Part shown: piece by piece, positions 56,663-64,000 of the stretch
Numbering within the stretch: the first letter of the stretch is position 1
Layout of the letters: the number at the start of each line of letters is the position of its first letter
NCBI GenBank assembly: GCA_031268215.1
Contig: JAIRXP010000030.1
Location: 44,463-108,462 of the forward strand
Direction: 5' to 3'
Source of the DNA: Bifidobacteriaceae bacterium
GTDB taxonomy: Bacteria; Actinomycetota; Actinomycetes; Actinomycetales; WQXJ01
DNA: 64,000 nucleotides
Notes under the pieces: generated by a model
The model's input: only the letters and a program-made list of their open reading frames with translations
Databases searched by the model: none
Told to the model about the DNA's origin: nothing
Made by a program: the position numbers and the translations under genes

Positions 56663-59143
56663 GTGACTGACGAACAACCGCAGCTTGATTTTGAGTTGCC
56701 TGAACCAATCAAACGCGCTCCCCGGCGCGCCACGAAGGCACAATCAGCGCCAGACCCAAAGGTTCTTGACGAAGTATCCGGCCCCGCAAAGGACAGCGGC
56801 GGCGTACCGGCTTTCGGCCCGACCACCAGCCGAACCACTGGCGCGGCCACCAGCCAGGCCACCAGCCAAATCAGATCCGGCACCGGCCGGGCCAGTTCCC
56901 GGCGGGCCAAGTCCGCGCCAGGCAGCGCAAGCGAACGCCCGCCGGCGCCGGCGGGCGAGCCACCAGCGCCGACCGACCAAGGCGGCGGCCGCTTGCCAAT
57001 GACCGCATTGCTCTTCCAACCTCCCGTGACCACGTCCCAGCCGGGCCGGCATCAGGACGGCGCGCCCACATCAGGCGCGTCGGCTCCAGATGACTTGGGA
57101 ACTCCCGCGGCCACTGGCCCAGGGGCGGCGGGCGCCGGCGGTGCGACCGGGCTCAAGGGCGGCGGCTCGCGGTCTGGCCGCAAACGTTCGGGTTCCAAGA
57201 CCGCCCCAGACCAAAGTGAGACGGAAACGGGAGCCAGCCGGACGGAATCGGGCAAGATAGCCAAAACCGCCAGGACGGACTCAGGCGAACCCGCCAGCGG
57301 CCAGCCCGGCGCCAGCGAAGACAGTGAGGACGGCGGCTCAAGGCGCCGGCGCCGGCGCACCCGCACCGGCCACAAGAGCGAATCCGCTGATTCGGGTTCT
57401 GGAGGCGTGACCGCTGTCTCCGGATCGACCCGCCTGGAAGCCAAACGACAGCGCCGCAAAGAAGGCCGCGAGACCAGCCGGCGGCGACCGCAAATCAGCG
57501 AGGCCGAATTCCTGGCCCGGCGCGAGTCGGTGGACCGCCGCATGGTGGTCCGCGAACGCGACGGCCGCACCCAGATCGCGGTCTTGGAAGACGGCCTCCT
57601 GGCCGAACACTACGTGGCCCGGCGCACCCAACACACCATGGTCGGAAACATCTACCTGGGCCGCGTCCAGAACGTTCTACCATCCATGGAGGCGGCCTTC
57701 GTTGACATTGGGCGGGGGCGCAACGCCGTCCTTTATGCCGGCGAGGTCAACTGGGACGCGGCCGGGCTCGAGGGCCAGCCGCGGCGAATCGAGCAAGCTT
57801 TGGCCTCCGGTGACGCAGTCATGGTCCAAGTCACCAAGGACCCGATTGGCCACAAGGGATCCCGCCTCACCTCCCAGATCACGCTGGCCGGTCGCTACCT
57901 GGTATTCGTGCCGGACGGGACCATGACCGGCATCTCGCGCAAACTGCCAGAGAACGAGCGTCTCCGGCTCAAGAAACTGCTCAAGCAAATCGTTCCGGAG
58001 GGTTCGGGCGTGATTGTGCGCACCGCTGCGGAAGGTGCCTCAGACGCCGAACTCCAGGCGGATGTTGAACGCCTACAGGCGTCCTGGAAAAAGATCCAGC
58101 AAAAGGCCACCACCGCTCACGCCCCGGCCTTACTGAAGGGCGAACCGGACCTGGCGATCCGGGTAGTCCGGGACATCTTCAACGCGGATTTCGCCTCCTT
58201 GACAGTCTCCGGCCAGCAGGCCTGGAACGACATCAGTGGGTATCTCGAAGAGGTCGCCCCAGAATTATGCGACCGGGTGGAGCGCTGGACCTCGGAAGAG
58301 GACGTCTTCACCGCTGATCGGATTGACGAGCAGTTGGCCAAGGGCATGGACCGCAAGGTCTGGTTGCCCTCCGGCGGTTCGCTGGTCATTGACCGCACCG
58401 AAGCGATGTCCGTCATAGACGTCAACACCGGCAAGTTCACTGGGGCTGGTGGCTCGCTTGAGGAAACCGTCACGCGCAACAATCTGGAGGCCGCGGAAGA
58501 GATAGTCCGCCAGCTCAGACTCCGCGACATTGGCGGGATAATCGTGATCGACTTCATTGACATGGTCCTGGAATCTAACCGCGACCTGGTCTTGCGACGC
58601 CTGATCGAGGCGCTTTCCCGTGACCGCACCCGCCACCAAGTGGCTGAGGTTACCTCCCTGGGCCTGGTCCAGATGACCCGTAAGCGGGTTGGCCAAGGGC
58701 TGGTCGAGGCCTTCTCTGAAACCTGTGAAGCTTGTGCTGGGCGCGGGTTCATTGTTCACGCCGATCCGGTCGAACGGGGCGGATCCAGCGGTTATGGCAG
58801 TTCCAGCGGTTATGGCAGCCCTTCCAGTTCCAGCGGTTCTGGTGGCTCCGCCAACTCCGGGAGTGCCAGCGGTTCTGCCAGCTCCGGAGGCGAGGGCAAC
58901 GGCAAACGCAAGAAGCGGGGCGGCAAGAAACACCGCAAGAACCGGGCCGATCCAGCCGGAGAGCTAGCCGACGGCGCCGGGGACGCAGGCGGCGTTGAGC
59001 CGTCCGAAGGAATGGACAACGCCAGCGGCCACGGGGATGGTCTCAACGGCGGCGCGGCGGTCCTGGCAGAGACTACGCCGGAGGCGAAAGCCACCTTGGC
59101 GTCCATAGCCGCCGCGGCGGTCAAAGCCTCGGAAGCGGACTGA
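56663..59143 (+). CDS. rne: Ribonuclease E/G family endoribonuclease (RNase E)
   Basis: ORF 56489..59143. I prefer the in-frame GTG 56663 (VTDEQPQLDF; GGAG 6 nt upstream), which avoids a 59-nt overlap with the previous gene. Arg/Pro/Ser-rich disordered N-terminal region, S1 domain MVGNIYLGRVQNVLPSMEAAFVDIGRGRNAVLY, catalytic core (VIDVNTGKF, IIVIDFIDM), CxxC zinc link (CEAC), Ser/Gly-rich tail. Confidence 0.85.
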   Translation: MTDEQPQLDFELPEPIKRAPRRATKAQSAPDPKVLDEVSGPAKDSGGVPAFGPTTSRTTGAATSQATSQIRSGTGRASSRRAKSAPGSASERPPAPAGEPPAPTDQGGGRLPMTALLFQPPVTTSQPGRHQDGAPTSGASAPDDLGTPAATGPGAAGAGGATGLKGGGSRSGRKRSGSKTAPDQSETETGASRTESGKIAKTARTDSGEPASGQPGASEDSEDGGSRRRRRRTRTGHKSESADSGSGGVTAVSGSTRLEAKRQRRKEGRETSRRRPQISEAEFLARRESVDRRMVVRERDGRTQIAVLEDGLLAEHYVARRTQHTMVGNIYLGRVQNVLPSMEAAFVDIGRGRNAVLYAGEVNWDAAGLEGQPRRIEQALASGDAVMVQVTKDPIGHKGSRLTSQITLAGRYLVFVPDGTMTGISRKLPENERLRLKKLLKQIVPEGSGVIVRTAAEGASDAELQADVERLQASWKKIQQKATTAHAPALLKGEPDLAIRVVRDIFNADFASLTVSGQQAWNDISGYLEEVAPELCDRVERWTSEEDVFTADRIDEQLAKGMDRKVWLPSGGSLVIDRTEAMSVIDVNTGKFTGAGGSLEETVTRNNLEAAEEIVRQLRLRDIGGIIVIDFIDMVLESNRDLVLRRLIEALSRDRTRHQVAEVTSLGLVQMTRKRVGQGLVEAFSETCEACAGRGFIVHADPVERGGSSGYGSSSGYGSPSSSSGSGGSANSGSASGSASSGGEGNGKRKKRGGKKHRKNRADPAGELADGAGDAGGVEPSEGMDNASGHGDGLNGGAAVLAETTPEAKATLASIAAAAVKASEAD

Positions 59144-59213
59144 CGCCACTTCACGCGACCACCGGTCTTATATCGCGCCTTCGACCGGATTGTTCCGCTA
59201 GGATCAGGCGCTA

Positions 59214-60905
59214 ATGAAGCCCCTGGATCCGCGGCTAATCAAGCACGCTCGCGCCGCTCGCAGTTATATAGTGCTGACCGCCGTCTTGGGCGTGATCATG
59301 TCGGTGGCGGTGGTTTTCCAGGCCCTGGTGGTGGCCCGGCTAGTGGGCACACTCGCATCCGGCGGCGAATTGACGGCCAAAGCCCTGAAGAACGGTCTGA
59401 TCATCCTGGCGGTGATCGTGGCCGTAAGGGTAGCGGTGGCCTGGGTCCAAGAGCGGTTCGCTCACCGTGCCGCCACCAACACCATCGCTGAACTACGCGG
59501 AGCCGTAATCCGACATGTAGTCGCGTTGGGGCCACGCTTCGAGGCGGAGGGCGGGGCCGCCAAGGCGGCCCAACTGGTCACCCGTGGTCTGGACGCTCTG
59601 GACGCCTACTTCGCGCGTTACCTGCCGCAGTTGCTGATGGTGGTGACAGTGACGCCAATCCTGCTGGTTGTGGCCGGATTCGTGGACTGGGTGTCCGCCA
59701 TCATCATGTTCGCCACCATTCCCTTGATTCCCATTTTCATGATCCTGATTGGGCGTCTGACGGAGGCCTATTCGGCCCGCCGTTTGAAGACCATGGCCCA
59801 TCTAGGCGCCCAAGTGATGGACCTGATCACCGGTCTGCCCACGCTCAAGGCCTTAGGGCGTGAGCACGGCCCCGCGGGGCGGGTCCGTGAGCTTTCGCAA
59901 GCCCACCAAAAGGCCACCTTCGGCACTGTCAAGATCGCTTTCCTGTCCGGTGCGGCGCTGGAGCTGATCGCTACCCTGTCAGTCGCGCTGGTGGCGGTGT
60001 CAGTTGGCCTGCGGCTGCAGGCTGGACATATGGCTTTAGTGGATGGCCTAGCGATCATTATGATCGCGCCAGAGATTTACCTTCCGCTGCGGAACGTCGG
60101 AGCCCACTTCCACGCTTCCGCCAACGGCGTGGCCGCATCCAATCGCGTCTTCGACTTGCTGGCGGTGCCCGCACCGGCGGACGGCACCCGGGCAGCGCCG
60201 GACCTGACCAAAGCATCGATTGTGTTCGACAATGTTTCGGTCCAGGCCCCTGGCCGCGATTACCAAGCCCCGACCGGCCTCAGCTTCCGCTTGCCACCGG
60301 GTTCCTTAATGGCTTTGACCGGGCCCAACGGAGCCGGCAAGTCAACCGCCGCCGCCGTGCTGCTGGGGCTGACCGCTCCCACCGAGGGACGTGTGCTGGT
60401 CGAGCCAGGAGATGGCGGCGAACCCATCGATCTGGCCCAGATCGACCGGCGAAGCTGGTGGGAGCAAATCGCTTGGGCCCCTCAGCGCCCGGTCCTGCTG
60501 CCCGGAACGGTGTTAGAGAACCTGCTGGAATCCTATGACGGGGAAGCTGAGCTGACCCCTGAGGCGGAGGCCGCCGCCCGCGCCGCCAGCTTCAGCGAAG
60601 TGGTAGCGGAACTGCCTTCCGGCTGGCGAACGCCAGTTGGCCAGGGCGGGATTGGCCTGTCCGTGGGCCAGCGTCAACGCCTCGCCCTCGCCAGAGTGTT
60701 CTTGCGAGGCGAACCGCTCGTCATCTTGGATGAACCAACCGCGCATCTGGACGCCGCCACGGAGGCCCAGATCCTCGAATCGATCACGGAACTGGGTCGC
60801 CAGGGACGAACCGTCCTGCTGGTGGCCCACCGCCCGGCGCTAGTCAGCCAGGCCCACACTTCGGTGGCAGTCGAATCAACCGCCTTCAGCGAGGCGACGC
60901 CATGA
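59214..60905 (+). CDS. cydD: Thiol reductant ABC exporter subunit CydD
   Basis: 563 aa. Six-TM domain plus NBD (GPNGAGKST, LSVGQRQRLALAR, ILDEPTAHLD). 4-nt overlap with cydC. Confidence 0.85.
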   Translation: MKPLDPRLIKHARAARSYIVLTAVLGVIMSVAVVFQALVVARLVGTLASGGELTAKALKNGLIILAVIVAVRVAVAWVQERFAHRAATNTIAELRGAVIRHVVALGPRFEAEGGAAKAAQLVTRGLDALDAYFARYLPQLLMVVTVTPILLVVAGFVDWVSAIIMFATIPLIPIFMILIGRLTEAYSARRLKTMAHLGAQVMDLITGLPTLKALGREHGPAGRVRELSQAHQKATFGTVKIAFLSGAALELIATLSVALVAVSVGLRLQAGHMALVDGLAIIMIAPEIYLPLRNVGAHFHASANGVAASNRVFDLLAVPAPADGTRAAPDLTKASIVFDNVSVQAPGRDYQAPTGLSFRLPPGSLMALTGPNGAGKSTAAAVLLGLTAPTEGRVLVEPGDGGEPIDLAQIDRRSWWEQIAWAPQRPVLLPGTVLENLLESYDGEAELTPEAEAAARAASFSEVVAELPSGWRTPVGQGGIGLSVGQRQRLALARVFLRGEPLVILDEPTAHLDAATEAQILESITELGRQGRTVLLVAHRPALVSQAHTSVAVESTAFSEATP

Positions 60906-62587
60906 GGGGCCGGCCACTTGTGCGGGCCATCCGACTAACCGGTCTGAACATTGGCCAACTAGCGGCGGCCGTCTTCTTTGGCGCTCTGACTCAGGCCGCC
61001 TCGGTGGCGCTGGCCGGCGCCTCAGCCTGGTTGATAGTCCGGGCCTCGCAAATGCCGCCAGTGCTGTCCCTGCAGGTGGCGGTGGTGGGAGTGCGGGCTT
61101 TCGGGATTACCCGCGGCGTTTCCCGCTACATTGAACGCCTGACCGCCCACCGGGTGGCCCTCAGCGGCATGACCAATCTGAGGGTCCAGCTCTATGAACG
61201 CATGGCCTCAGGCTCAGGCACCGGCGCCGCTACCTTCAAACGCGGTGACGTGCTGGCGCGAGTCGGCGCGGATATTGACGACGTAGGCGACCTGGTAGTG
61301 CGCGGGATCATCCCGGCTCTGGTCGCGGCGGTACTAATGATTGGCTCTTCACTGGCGGTAGCCGCTTTCCTGCCCCTGGCGGGTCTGGCGGTGTTCGTTT
61401 GCCTGAGCGTGGTGGCGGTAGGCGGACCACTGGCGACCTTCCGCGCCGCCCGAATCTCCGAGTTGATGGCCTCCGCCGCCCGGTCCGAGGTCTCGGCCGC
61501 CTCACTGGGGATCATTGAAAATGCCTCTGAACTGCGGGTTAGCGGACAGCTTGGCCCCGCCATGGAGGCGCTGAAAACCCATGAAGAGCAACTCACCAAA
61601 GCTACCGACGCTGTGGCCAGACCATCCGCTTTCGCGAACGCTTTGACTGAAGCCGGGGTGGGCCTGGCGTTGATCTCTACCCTCATCCTGAGCGCCATGG
61701 CCTGGCGGGCTGGAGCACTCACCGCCCCAGAGGTGGCGGTGATCGTGCTCATGCCGCTGGCCGCCTTCGAGTCGGTGGCCGGGCTTTCCGCCGCCGCCGC
61801 CCAGGTCTACAAGTCACGCGCCGCCGCCACCCGGATAGTTGCCTTGGCCGATGCCGGTCACTCCCCCGCGCCTGTTGGTGCGGCTCCAGCCCCAGCTATC
61901 CGCCAGGCGCCCGATGGCGTCCTTGAAGCTAAGAACCTTTCGGTCGGCTGGCAGGAGGACCGGCCCGTGGTCCAGGGTGTGGCCCTGACCTTGGCTCCGG
62001 GTCAGGCCATTGGCCTGGTGGGCCGGTCCGGTGCGGGCAAGACTACGCTGCTGACGGCGCTGGCCGGTTTGATCGAGCCACAAGCCGGCTCGGTCACCGT
62101 GGGCGACACCAGTCTGGGTAATCTGACCTCTGAGGCGCGCGCCGGAACCGTCGCCTTCATCGCCGAAGACGCCCACATCTTCGCCACCACCGTCCTGGAG
62201 AACCTGCGCGTCGCCAACGGCTCGCTGAGCGAAGATGAGGCGGTTGCGGTCCTGCGGCAAGTCGGACTGGACCACTGGCTGGAAGGCCTGCCAGACGGCA
62301 TCGGCACCCTGCTGGGGTCCGGTGCGGACACCATCTCCGGCGGCGAACGCCGGCGCCTGCTGCTGGCCCGTGCTCTGGTCAGCCAGGCCCGCTATATCTT
62401 GTTGGATGAGCCCGCCGAGCACCTCGATCCGGCGGCTGGAAAACACCTGACAGCCCAGCTCATCGCGGCTGCTCGGGCCGCTGGGCGCGGCCTGCTGGTG
62501 GTTTCTCACCAGGAGGACACCCTGGCCGGAACCGACCACGTATATCGCGTGGATGAGGCCACCATGACATCAACTGGCAGGACATAA
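60902..62587 (+). CDS. cydC: Thiol reductant ABC exporter subunit CydC
   Basis: 561 aa. TMD plus NBD (GRSGAGKTTLL, ISGGERRRLLLAR, ILLDEPAEHLD). Confidence 0.85.
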   Translation: MRGRPLVRAIRLTGLNIGQLAAAVFFGALTQAASVALAGASAWLIVRASQMPPVLSLQVAVVGVRAFGITRGVSRYIERLTAHRVALSGMTNLRVQLYERMASGSGTGAATFKRGDVLARVGADIDDVGDLVVRGIIPALVAAVLMIGSSLAVAAFLPLAGLAVFVCLSVVAVGGPLATFRAARISELMASAARSEVSAASLGIIENASELRVSGQLGPAMEALKTHEEQLTKATDAVARPSAFANALTEAGVGLALISTLILSAMAWRAGALTAPEVAVIVLMPLAAFESVAGLSAAAAQVYKSRAAATRIVALADAGHSPAPVGAAPAPAIRQAPDGVLEAKNLSVGWQEDRPVVQGVALTLAPGQAIGLVGRSGAGKTTLLTALAGLIEPQAGSVTVGDTSLGNLTSEARAGTVAFIAEDAHIFATTVLENLRVANGSLSEDEAVAVLRQVGLDHWLEGLPDGIGTLLGSGADTISGGERRRLLLARALVSQARYILLDEPAEHLDPAAGKHLTAQLIAAARAAGRGLLVVSHQEDTLAGTDHVYRVDEATMTSTGRT

Positions 62588-62594
62588 TGGAGCT

Positions 62595-64000
62595 ATGGTG
62601 TCAGGTGTAGCCAAGCCGGGAACGGACTTGTTGAGTGCTGTCGTCTCGCTGTCGCGTCGGCTTGATCTAGCTGGAGTGTTGACCGAATTGGTCCAGACCG
62701 CTCCGGGACTGACTGGTTGCCAAGCGGCGGCTGTAAACGTACTCGACGGCCGCGGAATTGATGAACGCTTTTACACCTCCGGCGCTGGGCCGGAACTGAC
62801 CACCCAATTGGGACAGTTTCGCCGGGCGATGGCGTTGATGGCCCGCATTCCTACCCATGATCCATTGGTCCTGGATGATCTGCCAGCGTCTCTAGTCGGA
62901 TTGCCACCAGACGCAGAAATGCTGGTTGACAACCTGCTGGCCGTGCCGCTGCGGGTCCGCCAGACCGTCTTCGCCCATGTTTACTTGGTCAACAAACCGG
63001 GCGGTTTCACCAGTGCCGATTCGGGCGCGGTGGCCACTTTGGCGACAGCCGCTGGCGTAATGGTTGAAAACGCGCAGCTCTATCAGGCCTCGCAACGACG
63101 CGAGAGCTGGCTGGCGGCGGGACAGGGCATCACCACCATGCTGCTATCCGGGGTGGAAGAGGAAGAGGCCCTGACGGTGATCGCCACACAGGCGAAGGAA
63201 GTGGCCGCTGCAGCTACGGCGGCGCTGATTCTGCCGTCCGTTGGCAATGAGCTGATTATCGAAATCGCGGAGGGCAAGGGCGCCGAATTGCTGGTTGGCA
63301 CCCGCATGCCGGAGGACGGCCGGGCGCAGACGGTCTTGACCGAGGGAATTGGCATGATTGTCGATTCTTTAGCCAGTGCCTACACCTTGCGGGTCACGCT
63401 CCTGCGCGAATACGGCCCGGCCCTGTACGCCCCTATGCGCACCTCCGGCAGTTCAGTCGGCGTGATGTTATTGCTGCGGGAAAAGGGCGCCGCCTCATTC
63501 GACCAGGCCGATCTAACTACCGCTGAGTCATTCGCCTCACAGGCCGCTTTGGCGTTGGTACTGGCGGACGCCCGCCACACGGCCGACCTTTCAGCCTTGG
63601 TCTCCGAACGCGAGCGGATCGCCCGCGATTTGCACGACCTGGCCATTCAGCAGCTATTCGCTACCGGCATGCGCCTCGAATCGGCCCGCCAGGCGGCCGC
63701 CGCCGGAGTGGAGCCGGAGGGCCTGGTCAAGACTCTGACCACAGCCCTCGATTCGATCGATTCAACGGTTAGGGAGATCCGGGCGATTGTCTCCCATTTG
63801 CGCAATCCCGGCTCCGATGAGCCCATCGCTGAGCGTTTGCGCAGCGAGGCCTCCGCCGCCCGGGCACTGCTCGGCTTCGCACCGTCGTTGGTCTTGCTCA
63901 TCGACGGCCAAGCCTTGGGCTCCACACCGGATGACCCCAATTCCGCCGCCGCTGACGCGCTGATTCCGCCACCGCTGGCGGACGACTTAGTAGCCGTGGT
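62595..64000 (+). CDS. Tandem-GAF sensor histidine kinase, DevS/DosS/DosT-like (3' end beyond window)
   Basis: Own translation from ATG 62595 (open-ended, so not in the track): MVSGVAKPGTDLLSAVVSLSRRLDLAGVLTELVQTA...LLAVPLRVRQTVFAHVYLVNKPGG (GAF-A), ...YAPMRTSGSSVGVMLLLREKG (GAF-B), then the HisKA_3 H-box ERERIARDLHDLAIQQLFATGMRLE. Frame checked at 63606. Confidence 0.85.
   Translation, partial: MVSGVAKPGTDLLSAVVSLSRRLDLAGVLTELVQTAPGLTGCQAAAVNVLDGRGIDERFYTSGAGPELTTQLGQFRRAMALMARIPTHDPLVLDDLPASLVGLPPDAEMLVDNLLAVPLRVRQTVFAHVYLVNKPGGFTSADSGAVATLATAAGVMVENAQLYQASQRRESWLAAGQGITTMLLSGVEEEEALTVIATQAKEVAAAATAALILPSVGNELIIEIAEGKGAELLVGTRMPEDGRAQTVLTEGIGMIVDSLASAYTLRVTLLREYGPALYAPMRTSGSSVGVMLLLREKGAASFDQADLTTAESFASQAALALVLADARHTADLSALVSERERIARDLHDLAIQQLFATGMRLESARQAAAAGVEPEGLVKTLTTALDSIDSTVREIRAIVSHLRNPGSDEPIAERLRSEASAARALLGFAPSLVLLIDGQALGSTPDDPNSAAADALIPPPLADDLVAV

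Noticed and set aside
58790-58830. 18-bp tandem repeat (tccagcggttatggcag x2) in rne
   Set aside because: It simply encodes the SSGYG SSGYG low-complexity tail of RNase E, which is common in actinobacterial RNase E C-termini.
61814-62539. 241-aa minus-strand ORF within cydC, and 186-aa ORF 61192..61752
   Set aside because: They are antisense to a clear ABC transporter gene with intact Walker/signature motifs, and the products are low-complexity.

Overview
High-GC (roughly two-thirds G+C by eye) chromosomal segment with Actinomycetota core synteny. About 85% is coding, and everything up to 53.6 kb is on the minus strand. Core blocks are: (1) secA(5' end)-hpf-comF-lpqB-mtrB-mtrA; (2) ahcY-trm112-like-manB-ogt; (3) histidine phosphatase-rsfS-(Pro-rich protein)-nadD-proA-proB-obg-rpmA-rplU; (4) cydAB, a radical-SAM/DUF2344/rne trio, cydDC, and the 5' part of a tandem-GAF DevS/DosS-like histidine kinase. 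Four accessory or unusual regions sit between these blocks. (a) 6.2-18.2 kb is a ~12 kb, five-gene, translationally coupled operon: a membrane pseudokinase, a 1,941-aa FN3/cadherin-like giant protein, a MoxR AAA+ ATPase, DUF58, and a transglutaminase-like membrane protein lacking the Cys-His-Asp triad. This is my best candidate for an undescribed system. (b) 22.9-26.5 kb is a small, partly AT-richer variable island next to tRNA-Ala(GGC). It carries a SEFIR/TIR-like gene that looks truncated. (c) 26.8-31.7 kb is a 1,652-aa LPXTG beta-helix/Ig-repeat adhesin. (d) 40.8-49.7 kb is an eight-gene coupled operon: hmuTUV-type heme/iron ABC importer, three paralogous uncharacterised secreted proteins and a DUF916-like surface protein. 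Two DtxR/IdeR-like operators lie upstream of it. Other points: CydB carries a ~300-aa insertion in its last extracytoplasmic loop. A near-consensus DosR-type palindrome lies in the cydA/radical-SAM divergent region. Gene order suggests an ~18.5 kb inversion that split rne from rplU and cydAB from cydDC. No CRISPR array, transposase or integrase was recognised. All calls rest on reading the supplied ORF translations, my own translation of open-ended or short ORFs, and motif recognition; no database search was possible.
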